64,000 nt of DNA, taken from Candidatus Hydrogenedentota bacterium. Its GTDB lineage: Bacteria > Hydrogenedentota > Hydrogenedentia > Hydrogenedentales > SLHB01. The translations under genes and the position numbers were made by a program. Numbering within the stretch: the stretch's first letter is position 1; every line of letters begins with the position of its first letter. Of this stretch, positions 50,061 to 60,146 are shown piece after piece. The stretch lies in contig CAXXYE010000006.1 of the NCBI GenBank assembly GCA_963674865.2, positions 96,001-160,000 on the forward strand, in the 5' to 3' direction. The notes beneath the pieces were generated by a model. The model saw nothing but the letters and a program-made list of their open reading frames with translations, did no database searches and was not told the DNA's origin.

Positions 50061-52553
50061 TCATTTCCCCGTCACACGCACGATGACTCCCGTTCGTTCA
50101 GCAATATTCACAAGGTGATCGCCCACCCGTTCGAGATGCGCGAGAAGGTCCAAGAAGATCACGCCTGCCTGGACCTTGCACTCCTGCCGCTCAAGGCGCT
50201 GGACATGCGCCTCGGTAGCGTCTTGAACCAGCGCCGTAATCGTCTCTTCTCTCGCCAGGACCTGCTGCTCCACGGAGGGATCGGCCTGGTTGAGACTATC
50301 GAGAATGGCCTGAAACTGCTGATTCAGGAGATCCTGAAACTGCTGCACCGTCTCAAGAGCGGTCGGGGAGAGATAGTGATTGCCTTGTCGCGCCAAGTGT
50401 GTCAGTTCGACGAGGTTTTCCGAGTGATCTCCAACGCGTTCGGCGTCGTTGACCACGTGGATCAGCGCCGGTATGAGGGCCGCCTCCGAAGGCTGAAGTG
50501 GTTTCCGAGACAGCTCCACCAAGTAGCTTGTGATCTCCTCTTGAAGTCTGTCGATCACATCTTCCCGGATCAGCAGCTTCTCCTCCAGTTCCCTCGGCCC
50601 TCCGAAGAAGAAGGCACAGCCCTCGTTGATGGATTTCTGCGCCCGGCGCAACATGTAGGCGACCTCCTTCACGGCCTGTTCGAGGGCCAAAGAAGGAGCA
50701 TTCAGCAAGTGAGGTTCGAGGTACTGAAGTACCGTCTCGCGGTCTGCGTCAGTCAGGGGGATGATTCGCTGACAGAGTCTCGCCATCGGGCCCACGAAGA
50801 AGAGAAAGACGGAGCAGTTGATCAGGTTGAAGGTCGTATGCGCGTTGGCCACATGACGCATCAGGTTTTCAGGTTCAGCCGCAAAGGCGTCGCCTGGCGT
50901 AACGGCGTCCACAAGGCCCAGGAAAACAGGCTGGCCGTGCCAGAAGGGAAGAAAGAGCAGAAGGTACATGTAGCTGGCGCCGATCACGTTGAATAGCGTG
51001 TGGGCAAGTGCTGTGCGTCTTGCGTTTCTGTTCGCGCCGATGGATGCAAACACCGCCGTGATGGTGGTGCCAATGTTGTCACCGAGCACCAGCGGTACCG
51101 CCGTGTAGAACGTCAACAGGCCCTGGCTCGAGAGGGCAAGCACCAAACCTACCGTAGCCGAACTCGACTGGACGACCACCGTGGCTATCGTGCCGACGAG
51201 GATACACATCAGGGCCGCACCGGGTCGGACAATGCCGCTAGGACCGGGCGAGCAATCGAAAAGCTGGAACCACGAGACAAACTCGGGGCTGTGGCGAAGA
51301 GGCTTGAGTGTGCCGGACATCGTCTTCATGCCGAGGAAAAGCAGGCCAAAACCCAGGATAGCTTCTCCGAAAGCCTTCACGTTCGGGCGCCGGGCTACCG
51401 TACTTATGATGAGTCCGAGGGCAATGGCCGGATACGCCAGATTGTCCAGTTTGAACGCGATGATCTGCGCGGTGATCGTTGTGCCGATGTTGGCGCCGTA
51501 TACAACACCAATGGCCTGGGTCAGTGTGATGAGGCCCGCGTTAACGAAGCCCACCGTCATCACAGTCACGGCGCTGGACGACTGGACCATGGCTGTGAGG
51601 CCGGCGCCGACCCCCGTTGCGAGGAATCGATTGCGTGTCATCGCCTGCAAAATGCTCTTGAGTCTCCGGTCGGCCATGCGACGCAGTCCGTCCGACATCA
51701 GCTTCATCCCGAAGATGAAGACGGCGAGCCCCCCGAAGAGTTCAAGTGCCATGGCCATCTTGTTGACGGACATCGCCTCGAACTCGATCTCACGAACGTC
51801 GAAACGCTGGGAGTCGGGCAGATTGGAGCGGCGGTCGCGGATGGTAACGGATGCGAAGTTTCGGCCCGTATCCTTGCCGAGGGCCCACGAAGTAGTCGCA
51901 AGTCCCGCCTCGTCCGTGCGCACTTCCGTCGCGCCGATGGAGGCTCCGTCCTCACCACCCTCGACACGGAAGTACACGTCCACTCCCTGCGCGGGGGTTC
52001 CGTCAACATCCGTGAGTCTGACGCCGAAGGCGTCGATCGTCTCCCCAGCGGGAGCTTCCAGGTCTTTGCCGACGACCTCGACCCCTGTCAAAACGCGAAA
52101 TGAGGTGAAGCGAGTCCCCTTTGGCGTATCGACCGACGCTGCGATCTCGGTATCGCCGGGTCGCGTGCCCAGCAAAACATTAGCGGCGGCAATGCCCGCT
52201 GCGTCGGTTTCCTGGACGGTGGTAGAGGCGCCATTGTCAACAAACACGGTGTCCGAGTCCGGGCTGGAAATGGTAAACGTCACCGGCACGCCGCAGGCTG
52301 ATTGGCGCGACCCCTTCCCTCCGAGAACGCCCGGTTCTTTGGGGCCTTGGACAAGAACGCGCAAGGGCTGGGCTAAGGGCTGTCCACAAAGGCCAGACTG
52401 ACCATCCCCGGAGGCGTGAGGCGCTTGACTGATGGTATCTGGTGAAACCTGCCGGTTCGGATGGCAGCCCGGCAGTGAAACGATAGATAGCACCGCCCAC
52501 GCAAGGCACAACCCTACGTGTAACGAGGCCTTTGGACGGTGCGAAAAGTGCAT
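50061..52553 (-). CDS. Na+/Pi cotransporter with N-terminal lipoprotein signal, Ig-like domains and PhoU-like domain (paralog 1)
   Basis: LPGC lipobox, SGDGQSG..LAQPLRV..VTF..TDAAG Ig-like repeats, two QSSS motifs, GANIGTT, ERVGDH. Confidence 0.9.
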   Translation of the reverse strand: MHFSHRPKASLHVGLCLAWAVLSIVSLPGCHPNRQVSPDTISQAPHASGDGQSGLCGQPLAQPLRVLVQGPKEPGVLGGKGSRQSACGVPVTFTISSPDSDTVFVDNGASTTVQETDAAGIAAANVLLGTRPGDTEIAASVDTPKGTRFTSFRVLTGVEVVGKDLEAPAGETIDAFGVRLTDVDGTPAQGVDVYFRVEGGEDGASIGATEVRTDEAGLATTSWALGKDTGRNFASVTIRDRRSNLPDSQRFDVREIEFEAMSVNKMAMALELFGGLAVFIFGMKLMSDGLRRMADRRLKSILQAMTRNRFLATGVGAGLTAMVQSSSAVTVMTVGFVNAGLITLTQAIGVVYGANIGTTITAQIIAFKLDNLAYPAIALGLIISTVARRPNVKAFGEAILGFGLLFLGMKTMSGTLKPLRHSPEFVSWFQLFDCSPGPSGIVRPGAALMCILVGTIATVVVQSSSATVGLVLALSSQGLLTFYTAVPLVLGDNIGTTITAVFASIGANRNARRTALAHTLFNVIGASYMYLLLFLPFWHGQPVFLGLVDAVTPGDAFAAEPENLMRHVANAHTTFNLINCSVFLFFVGPMARLCQRIIPLTDADRETVLQYLEPHLLNAPSLALEQAVKEVAYMLRRAQKSINEGCAFFFGGPRELEEKLLIREDVIDRLQEEITSYLVELSRKPLQPSEAALIPALIHVVNDAERVGDHSENLVELTHLARQGNHYLSPTALETVQQFQDLLNQQFQAILDSLNQADPSVEQQVLAREETITALVQDATEAHVQRLERQECKVQAGVIFLDLLAHLERVGDHLVNIAERTGVIVRVTGK

Positions 52554-52909
52554 ACCTAACGGAAGTGTTTACAGCGGTTTACGCATAACCCCAGCAGTAT
52601 TGTTCATCAGCAATACCCGCTCTCTCCGAGGGGCGCGATGACGGCACATCGTCCCATGGAACGTCGACTGCAACCGCCATAACTTGTCCGAGAATACCAT
52701 CCCGGGGCTTTGCCAATCAATTCGAGTCTCGCCTGTGAAACGGAGAAGGCAAGCCCACAACACACCAAGCGACTGGGAGCGGCGCTTCGTCGCGCTTGCG
52801 CTGTTTCGACGGCTCCTGATAGTATCACGGCCAGTCAGAGGCCCATCGGTTCCGTGCTCTAGCGGGCCGTGGTGCGGCAGGGGCATCGAATCCCGGAGGT
52901 GAAAAAGAG

Positions 52910-53881
52910 ATGAGCGCGTTTAGACTCCGTATGGCGGGAGCCTTGGCTTTGCTCCTGCTCGTTCAAGGGGTGGCGCAGGCACAATGGGTTTGGACTCCCC
53001 AGACCCGTCGCTGGATCAACCTGAAGCGGCTTCCGAAAGAGACGGCTGAACTGCAAGTGGAGTACGCCCGGAGCCTGATGATCGAAGGCGACTACAGCAA
53101 GGCCCTCCATGAAACGGAGAAGTTCCAGCAGTTCTATGCCGATTCCCCCCAGGCCGATGAGAACCAATTTGTGCGCGGAGAGATCCTCTTGGCCCGTGCG
53201 AAGTACCTCGACGCGGCGAAGGAGTTCCAACAAGTAGTCGTCAACTTTCCCGACACGGACCTCTACGACGAAGTGATCGAAAAGCAGTACGAAATCGGCG
53301 ATCGCCTCTACGAACTCGGCCAGAAACGCTATGAAGCCAGGTGGCAGCCCTTCCGCCGGCGGCCTCTCAAGTACGCCGGAGAGGTCTATACCATGGTTAT
53401 CGACAACCAACCTTTCACTGACGAGGCCGCCGAAGCCCAGTACAAGATGGGCCTGTGTCATTTCACACGGGAGCAATACACGGAGGCCTTGTACGAATAC
53501 CGTCAGGTGGTCGAGAAGTACTCCTCTTCCGATTGGGTGGACGACGCGAGCTATGGCCTGATCCAGTGTCACTACAACTCAGCCCTTCCGCCCGACTATG
53601 ATCAGGTGCCGTCCCGGTTGGCGGTAAACGCCATCGATGACTTCAAGGCCAGCTTCCCGAGGGACGAGCGCCTCGATGGACTCGAGGAAAAGCGCCAGGA
53701 AATGGTTGAATCCATTGCCACGCAACGCCTCAAAACAGCCCAATTCTATGAGAAGCGGAGGGAGTTTCAGGCGGCCCGCATCTACTACGCCGTCGTCGTG
53801 GAGCAGTTCCCCGATACGGCGGCGGCGGAAGAGGCCCGCGCATGGCTCACCGATTCCGCTCATCAGGAAGCGGCGGGCTAA
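52910..53881 (+). CDS. bamD: Outer-membrane protein assembly factor BamD-like TPR protein
   Basis: TPR repeats, PPDYDQ motif, TAQFYEKR...AARIYY..VVEQFPDT. Lies upstream of lptE. GGAGGT RBS. Confidence 0.85.
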   Translation: MSAFRLRMAGALALLLLVQGVAQAQWVWTPQTRRWINLKRLPKETAELQVEYARSLMIEGDYSKALHETEKFQQFYADSPQADENQFVRGEILLARAKYLDAAKEFQQVVVNFPDTDLYDEVIEKQYEIGDRLYELGQKRYEARWQPFRRRPLKYAGEVYTMVIDNQPFTDEAAEAQYKMGLCHFTREQYTEALYEYRQVVEKYSSSDWVDDASYGLIQCHYNSALPPDYDQVPSRLAVNAIDDFKASFPRDERLDGLEEKRQEMVESIATQRLKTAQFYEKRREFQAARIYYAVVVEQFPDTAAAEEARAWLTDSAHQEAAG

Positions 53882-53888
53882 TCTGCCC

Positions 53889-54458
53889 ATGACAAGGAAC
53901 AGGGCAACCTCGCTTCTCCTGACGACAATCGCCGTGCTCGCTGCATCGGGGTGCGGGTATTCCACTCAGACCTCCCTGGACGAGAAATATCAAACCGTCT
54001 ATGTCTCGGCCTTCCGGAACGCAAGCCGAGAGTATGATCTACAGGCCCCGCTCACCAACGCAGTCATCAGGAAATTCATCGCCGACGGCCGCCTGACGGT
54101 GGTCGACCGGCCCAACGCGGACCTCCTGCTGGAAGGCGTCATCCTTGATTACAAGCTTAAGGGGCTTACCTTCGACGATAACGATGATGTCACGCAGTTC
54201 CTCTGCCTGGTGCTGGCCGGTGTCCGCGTAACCGACGCGGCCACCGGTGAAGCTCTCTGGGAAGATCCCCGTATGGTCGGTGAGACCACATTCTACACGC
54301 GTGCCTCGGGCCAATCCTCCGATCGGCTTCGAGGAAACGCGGAGACCTTCCTGCCCACCGTGCGCTCCTTCGCTTCCGAGGAAGAGAACCGCGGCGCCGC
54401 CGAGGCCCTCGAGCAACTGGCTTCGGACATCTTTTACCGAACCATCGAGCCTTGGTAA
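53889..54458 (+). CDS. lptE: LptE-family lipoprotein
   Basis: Lipobox ASGC-GY, VYV..F.N, ADLLLEG.I..Y, terminal W. Located between bamD and holA. Confidence 0.82.
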   Translation: MTRNRATSLLLTTIAVLAASGCGYSTQTSLDEKYQTVYVSAFRNASREYDLQAPLTNAVIRKFIADGRLTVVDRPNADLLLEGVILDYKLKGLTFDDNDDVTQFLCLVLAGVRVTDAATGEALWEDPRMVGETTFYTRASGQSSDRLRGNAETFLPTVRSFASEEENRGAAEALEQLASDIFYRTIEPW

Positions 54459-54462
54459 CGCC

Positions 54463-55485
54463 GTGAACGTTCATGAGTTCATGGCCGCCCAGGGGACGGC
54501 ATCGCCGGGATCTGTCTATCTCTTCTGCCCGGCCAAAACCCCCAAAGCCAAGATGGCCACGTTCGAGCCCTTTCTGGCCGAACGGGCTGTCGAGCGCTTT
54601 CTTCAAGCTCACCTCGACCCATCCGTACGCGATCTCGCGTATGCCGCCTATTACGCTGATGAAACGGAGCCCGCCGCCATCATGCTCGAGGCCCGCTCGG
54701 TTCCTTTCCTTGCGGAACGCCGGATCGTTCTTGTCCGCGGCGCCGAACGCTACAATGTGGAATCGACCGCAGGGCCGGTACTTACCTACCTCGAATCGCC
54801 CTGTGATACGACGAGTCTGCTCCTGATAGCCTCCCACATCGACAAGCGCACCAAATTCTACCGGGCGTGCCAAAAAGCAGCCGAGATCATCGAGTGTCCT
54901 GAAATGCGGGAATGGGAGGCCATCAAGTGGGTGCGCTCCGAGGCGACGGCCCGAGGCAAGAGCATTCCTGAAGACGCGGCGCACGAACTGGTGGTGCGCG
55001 CCGGCACCCACCTTAGCGATGTGGATAACGCCCTCACCGTGGTATGCAATTACGTCGGCGATGCACGCGCTGTCACGACGGAAGACGTGGTTTCAGCGTG
55101 CGCGGACGTAGCCGAGGAGGAGGTCTGGGCGTTGACGGACACCATCGCGGCCTCCGACACCCCCGGAGCCCTGCGCGCTTTGGCCCGGCTCGTGGCTCTT
55201 GGCAAACGCGAGGACGAGTTGATGGGCATCATCAACTGGTTGCTGAAGAGCGCCTACGCCGTAGCCGCCGCCGGTGCGCGCGAACCAAAGATCAGTCCTT
55301 TCGTCGCCCGAAAAGTCACCCCTCTCGCACGGAAACTCGGCCCCGACGGCATACGCAACGCCTTCGCGCTTTGCACAGACGCTCACTTTATGATGCGCAC
55401 CACAGGGGTCGACGCTGCGCTTGCCCTTGAACTCCTCGTGGTCAAGCTGGCAAGCGAACTACTGCAACCTACCGCTTGCCGTTGA
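54463..55485 (+). CDS. holA: DNA polymerase III delta subunit
   Basis: VYLF, PFLAERRIVLV, IDKRTKFY, VWALTD, ALELLVVKL. Follows lptE. GTG start at 54463. Confidence 0.88.
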   Translation: MNVHEFMAAQGTASPGSVYLFCPAKTPKAKMATFEPFLAERAVERFLQAHLDPSVRDLAYAAYYADETEPAAIMLEARSVPFLAERRIVLVRGAERYNVESTAGPVLTYLESPCDTTSLLLIASHIDKRTKFYRACQKAAEIIECPEMREWEAIKWVRSEATARGKSIPEDAAHELVVRAGTHLSDVDNALTVVCNYVGDARAVTTEDVVSACADVAEEEVWALTDTIAASDTPGALRALARLVALGKREDELMGIINWLLKSAYAVAAAGAREPKISPFVARKVTPLARKLGPDGIRNAFALCTDAHFMMRTTGVDAALALELLVVKLASELLQPTACR

Positions 55486-55499
55486 ACCGCACAAGACAC

Positions 55500-56885
55500 T
55501 CAAGGCGTCGCGCGCAGGAAGTAAACCGCCTTCTTGGCGCGAAGCGCGAGACTCGTTCGCCCGGAGCCGTCGATGTCTGCGCTAAAGGCAATCCCCTCAA
55601 CCGGTTCGGGAAACGTTCGGGCAAAGGCGGATGCCTTTCCCCATCCGTCCTCGTAAAGCCAGATCGAGTAGCTGTTCTCTGATGTGCTGCATCCGAAGTC
55701 CGTCTTCCCGTCTCCGTTGAAGTCCGCAAAGAGGGCGTTTCGCAATGGCGCGCCGTGCACCAAAGACACGAACCAGGACACGGGCGCCTGGAAGGAAATC
55801 TCGCCGCTGGGGACAGGTTCGTAGCGGTTCTTCTGCGGCGCGAACAGATGGGTCGTGACAAATACCGGCCACGTGCCCGCCGTAATCGTCCGGGCCAAGG
55901 CGTCGACGGAGAGTCCCGGCGCGGGAGCCCGCCACAAGACAATATCTGTGTAGCCGTCCCCGTTGAAGTCGGGCATGCTCCTACAGGCAAGCACGAGAAC
56001 ACTGCCGGGATAGCGCCGCACAGGCCCAATCTTGCCCGCCAAGGCGTCTCCATCGCTCTGCCGCGACGTCAGTTCCTGAATACGCACGATAGTGGCTGGC
56101 TGTTTGGACGCATCCAACGCGTACCGCGCTCGCCTGGACGGATCCCCGTCTATGGTAAGAGGAAACCACGGCCAAGCCCGTGGCGACTGTTGGGACGCGT
56201 CGCGGACTCGGGTCGCCGGCACACTCCACGGCGCCGGGTCTTGTTTCGCAGCGGCGAATCCGGGCACGCCGTCGGCTGCCGGCCTGATCACGCTCGACAC
56301 CAGGATATCAAGCGATTGTGCCGGGCCGCGCCCCAGGCTCCCTTCCGAACAGGCGCGAAATGACCGCTCGTAGGACGCCGGTTGTAATGACACCTGACGA
56401 TAGGCCACCGTCTCGACGAGAGTCCCATCCATCCGGCGGAGTTCGAGCGCCCGTTCACAGGGCACCGCGAGCAGATGCTCGCCCTCGTGTTCAACCACCA
56501 GCACATGTGGAAAGGGACAACGAGTTGTCTCCGCGAGCAAGTTCTTGCGCTTAAAAAGCTCACGCCATGTCCGTTGTTCCGGATTAACCGAAGGAACACA
56601 GGAAGTGAACCGTTCCCCGACAACCGCCACTACCTCCGGTGCTCCATCTTCATCGAGGTCCGTCACGTCGACGGCGGACACCCCCTCAGGAAGAGGGACG
56701 GATACAGCCCCCGCCTCGCCGCCCGTAAAGGCCGTCAATGCTTGTGCATTGAGGAGACAGAGATCGGCCGTCCCGTCCCCATCGACCTCGGCAAGAAAGA
56801 CATGGGTCTCGGGATTGTCCAGCGGAGCAGGAGCTACCTCGAACAGCGCAGCAAGGCATAGGCTCAACAGTGCAGCCGCCATCAC
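55500..56885 (-). CDS. Exported FG-GAP/VCBS-repeat protein
   Basis: EVDGDGTADL, DLDEDGAPEV, DFNGDGYTDI, DFNGDGKTDF, DIDGSG. GAGGAG RBS and GTGA overlap at 56885. Confidence 0.82.
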   Translation of the reverse strand: MMAAALLSLCLAALFEVAPAPLDNPETHVFLAEVDGDGTADLCLLNAQALTAFTGGEAGAVSVPLPEGVSAVDVTDLDEDGAPEVVAVVGERFTSCVPSVNPEQRTWRELFKRKNLLAETTRCPFPHVLVVEHEGEHLLAVPCERALELRRMDGTLVETVAYRQVSLQPASYERSFRACSEGSLGRGPAQSLDILVSSVIRPAADGVPGFAAAKQDPAPWSVPATRVRDASQQSPRAWPWFPLTIDGDPSRRARYALDASKQPATIVRIQELTSRQSDGDALAGKIGPVRRYPGSVLVLACRSMPDFNGDGYTDIVLWRAPAPGLSVDALARTITAGTWPVFVTTHLFAPQKNRYEPVPSGEISFQAPVSWFVSLVHGAPLRNALFADFNGDGKTDFGCSTSENSYSIWLYEDGWGKASAFARTFPEPVEGIAFSADIDGSGRTSLALRAKKAVYFLRATP

Positions 56886-58387
56886 GGCGTCTCCTCGTGC
56901 GAGAAGTAGATGCGGGCCCGGCGCACCCATGGATTACGGCTCGGGACCGCCCGGCGTTCGAGTCGCGTCAGCACAATGTCACTCCGGCCATCCGCATTGA
57001 CATCGAACACCTCAAACCACCACGGCCACTTTATGGGAATCGCCGCATCCGGTTTCGACTGGATGCGCCGTCCATCGCTGAGATACACGGCCACTCGGTT
57101 CGGGCGGTCCTGCACCACAACATCATTCCACCCGTCGCCATTGATGTCCCCTGAAATATCGAGCAGCCCGCCCTCGCAATAATGCCGGAACATTGCCCCT
57201 TGGTTGAAGGGTGGTTGGCCAAATCGGATCTCGACGGACGCGTCCATTGCCGGTTTCGTTACGAACCGCCCTTGTGCGTCCTGCAAATGCACCTGCACAC
57301 CGTGTCGGACAACCTTTCCCGTCAGAAACCTCTCCACGCACTCGCGAAGCCCCCCGTGAAATAGGCCCGTTGACTCTGTAACAAGATCCAAGTCGCCGTC
57401 CCCATCGTAATCGACGAACCGCCTTTGAGGAGCAAAGCCCAGGACTCGGAATCGCTGGTACGTCTCGCCCCCATCGGTAACCGCGCATGTTTCATAGATG
57501 CGAGGTGAGAAGATGGGGCCCATACCGGATTCTTCCTGGGCGCCGGCGTAGTCCACGATACCGTCTCTGTTCAGTTGGCACGGCGTCATGTACTGTGGAA
57601 GCCACTCCGAGAAGGACGTTGACGCGTTCTTGAGGTCCCAATCGGACTCATCACGCCCGGCGATCTCATAGACGCTGCTGCTGTATCGGATCCTGTCTTC
57701 ACGTTTTCCGGCGTCGGCTACAACCGTCAGGAGCGACCCGTCTAGGAAGAGACGGCAGGACATGAACCGAGCAGGAATGATGACGCCGCGGGCGGATGAC
57801 GGCCACAGCGCTTGGGTGGGTGTCGCGACGGATGCCGCCGCAGGGAAGACATCCAGCCGGGCCTGATCCGCATATTTCCCGTTCGCAAGGCCGAAGATAT
57901 GCAATCCTCTCGTGCCGGGTATCACAAGTTCCGGCACATCGTCCGCATCGATGTCGTGAAGAAAACGATCGAACCACAATTCCGGCTCATGGGGCTGCGA
58001 TGACAACGACTCAAGCTCGCCTTCGTCGGGAGGCCAGTGGACCTCCTGCTCGGCCACCGTTTGCCAATCGTCCTGCTCCCAGCGAATCACCTCAAGCCGC
58101 CCCGGATGGCGCAAATACAGGTTTCGTCCCCACACATCGCAACACCGCCCCCGGCTGCATTTCGGCAGGGCCACGCGGGCGTTCTCCGGAAAGGTCCCCT
58201 CGCGTTGAAAGGCGATCCCCTGCGGCAGAATCAGGTCCTGCAAACCGTCTCCATCCACATCCGCGTGGCGAAATCCGAGGATTGGCGTGCCCACAGGCGG
58301 AATGGGTGCGCTAAGATAGAGTCCATCTATATCCTGCTCGACGAACACGAGGGCGCCGAGAAGCGCACTGAGCAGGGCCGGGATCAT
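56882..58387 (-). CDS. Exported FG-GAP/VCBS-repeat protein
   Basis: DVDGDGLQDL, DIDADDVPEL, DYDGDGDLDL, DINGDGWNDV, DVNADGRSDI. ATGA overlap at 58387. Confidence 0.82.
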   Translation of the reverse strand: MIPALLSALLGALVFVEQDIDGLYLSAPIPPVGTPILGFRHADVDGDGLQDLILPQGIAFQREGTFPENARVALPKCSRGRCCDVWGRNLYLRHPGRLEVIRWEQDDWQTVAEQEVHWPPDEGELESLSSQPHEPELWFDRFLHDIDADDVPELVIPGTRGLHIFGLANGKYADQARLDVFPAAASVATPTQALWPSSARGVIIPARFMSCRLFLDGSLLTVVADAGKREDRIRYSSSVYEIAGRDESDWDLKNASTSFSEWLPQYMTPCQLNRDGIVDYAGAQEESGMGPIFSPRIYETCAVTDGGETYQRFRVLGFAPQRRFVDYDGDGDLDLVTESTGLFHGGLRECVERFLTGKVVRHGVQVHLQDAQGRFVTKPAMDASVEIRFGQPPFNQGAMFRHYCEGGLLDISGDINGDGWNDVVVQDRPNRVAVYLSDGRRIQSKPDAAIPIKWPWWFEVFDVNADGRSDIVLTRLERRAVPSRNPWVRRARIYFSHEETP

Positions 58388-59175
58388 GTGTTGAGGTTCC
58401 GGCGGGAGAGCGCGTACATGGCAATGGCGGCGAAGATGACAAACGACACGGTCGAGGTCAGGAGGCAATAGCCTATATCGGGAAGCCACTGCCCCTCCAG
58501 CGCATCGACCTGGCGCTGGAATACTTGCCAGGGAGTCTCAAGGTAGGTAGAAAAGAGGTAGGGCGCGGCGCGCAGTGGGTATTTCAAGGTGTCTGAGACA
58601 ACCCAAAGACTCATTGCCCCCCCCACGGCAGCTCCCGTGTTACGTGTCAGGCTTGAGAGCATCACCGCAAAGGCCACTGCCGCAAATTGCGGCGCCAGCG
58701 CCGCTGCCGCACCCGCCAGGTAGGTCAGCATCATCCGGCTTGCCGTGAAAACCACCTCGCCGCCATAAGCCACCCCCGCCAGATCGCCGAGGGCAAACGC
58801 GATGGCCCAGGTGGCCGCAGCAGCGGACGCCGTCAGAACCACGGCATACGTCATCCCCAGCAGGAGCTTCGCGGCGAGAAACTCGTAACGCCGCAGCGGA
58901 CGTACCAGCAACGTTCGGATGGTACCGCTAGCCAGCTCGTTCGAGACAAGCGAAGCGCAATAGGCCAACAGCAGGATCAATCCCACAAGGTTGAGGGCAA
59001 CGGGCGTCGTATAGGCAATAAACGCGTAGTCACTCACGCCGTCCCGCTCAAAGCGCTGAAGCAGCGGCATAGCGGCCACCGTCAGGACCACGAGGGCCGG
59101 GCCGAGGTAAGTGAATTTCAAGCGGATCGCCTTTAACACTTCCAGCTTGTATGCAATCCATACGCGGACTATCAC
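58384..59175 (-). CDS. ABC-2 type transporter permease
   Basis: About six TM helices and the E..SGTIRTLLVRPLRR..FLAAK motif. Confidence 0.9.
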   Translation of the reverse strand: MIVRVWIAYKLEVLKAIRLKFTYLGPALVVLTVAAMPLLQRFERDGVSDYAFIAYTTPVALNLVGLILLLAYCASLVSNELASGTIRTLLVRPLRRYEFLAAKLLLGMTYAVVLTASAAAATWAIAFALGDLAGVAYGGEVVFTASRMMLTYLAGAAAALAPQFAAVAFAVMLSSLTRNTGAAVGGAMSLWVVSDTLKYPLRAAPYLFSTYLETPWQVFQRQVDALEGQWLPDIGYCLLTSTVSFVIFAAIAMYALSRRNLNT

Positions 59176-60146
59176 GAGTTAAGTGCTTTCAGAAAATAGT
59201 CTTGCAGCGTTCGGCGCCGGGGGATCACGCCGGACACTTTGAAGCCGGAGCTAACCAGAAACGCGGTGAGTTGGTGAACGTTCTCGTCGTGCAGACGCAC
59301 CTCCAAGCGGCCCGGCTTGGCCTCAACGGACTCGACCCACGCCATGTCGCGCAGGCGCCCCGCAGCCCCTTCAGGCGCGTCCACAAGGACTTCGACCCGC
59401 TTCAGGTCGTAGGACAATAAGGTGTCGGTGCGGTCGCAAGTCACAAGGCGGCCTTGGTTCAGAACGGCGACGCGATCGCACAATTGCTCCACCTCGTGCA
59501 TCATATGGCTCGACATAATGATCGTCACCTTGGCCTCGTCCGCGAGGCAGCGCAACAAGCGCAGAACCTCCTGTGTGGCTTCCGCGTCGAGGCCGTTGGC
59601 CGGCTCGTCGAGAATAAGCAACTCCGGTTCGGTAAGCAGCGCCTGCGCCAATCCCAGACGCTGTCGCATTCCAAGGCTGAATGTGCCGACCTTCTTGTGT
59701 CGCACATCAAGCAGGCCCACCAAGTCCAGGATGCGATCCACCGTCACCTCCCGGCGTGCCAGCCTTGCCAACAAGAGGAGGTTTCGCCGGGCGGACAGGT
59801 AGTCGTAGAAACTGGGCCGCTCCATAAGCACGCCCATGCGCGATGCGATGGCCATGAAGTCTTTGCGAAGATCTCTTCCGAAAACGCTTATCGAGCCGCT
59901 CGTAAGCGGTACCAGCCCCGAGAGAATCGACAAGGTGGTGCTCTTGCCGGCTCCATTCGGGCCCAGTAAGCCAAAGACCTCCCCTGCTTCGATGTCGAGT
60001 GAGAGCCCCCCCACGGCCACGGTGGCGCCATAGCACTTGGTCAGTTTCGCGATCTTGATGCAGTGGCCCATGTCCGGGGATCGTAGCCCGGCGCTCCCGC
60101 AAGATGCAAGCCACGCGCCGAGCGTGGCCGTCGAGTCACTCGTCAC
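59172..60146 (-). CDS. ABC transporter ATP-binding protein
   Basis: GPNGAGKST, FSLGMRQR, LILDEP, SSH. An alternative start is ATG 60071. Confidence 0.95.
   Translation of the reverse strand: MTSDSTATLGAWLASCGSAGLRSPDMGHCIKIAKLTKCYGATVAVGGLSLDIEAGEVFGLLGPNGAGKSTTLSILSGLVPLTSGSISVFGRDLRKDFMAIASRMGVLMERPSFYDYLSARRNLLLLARLARREVTVDRILDLVGLLDVRHKKVGTFSLGMRQRLGLAQALLTEPELLILDEPANGLDAEATQEVLRLLRCLADEAKVTIIMSSHMMHEVEQLCDRVAVLNQGRLVTCDRTDTLLSYDLKRVEVLVDAPEGAAGRLRDMAWVESVEAKPGRLEVRLHDENVHQLTAFLVSSGFKVSGVIPRRRTLQDYFLKALNS

Noticed and set aside
49923..52401. Long plus-strand ORFs (357, 367 and 406 aa)
   Set aside because: They are shadows of the Na/Pi cotransporter gene on the minus strand.
47377..52553. 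Assembly artefact or recent duplication
   Set aside because: The two copies differ extensively at both DNA and protein level, so they are genuine old paralogues.
52565..52581. GTAAAC direct repeat (minus strand) upstream of the Na/Pi genes as a possible Pho box
   Set aside because: The spacing is 10 bp rather than 11 and the match to the Pho consensus is poor.
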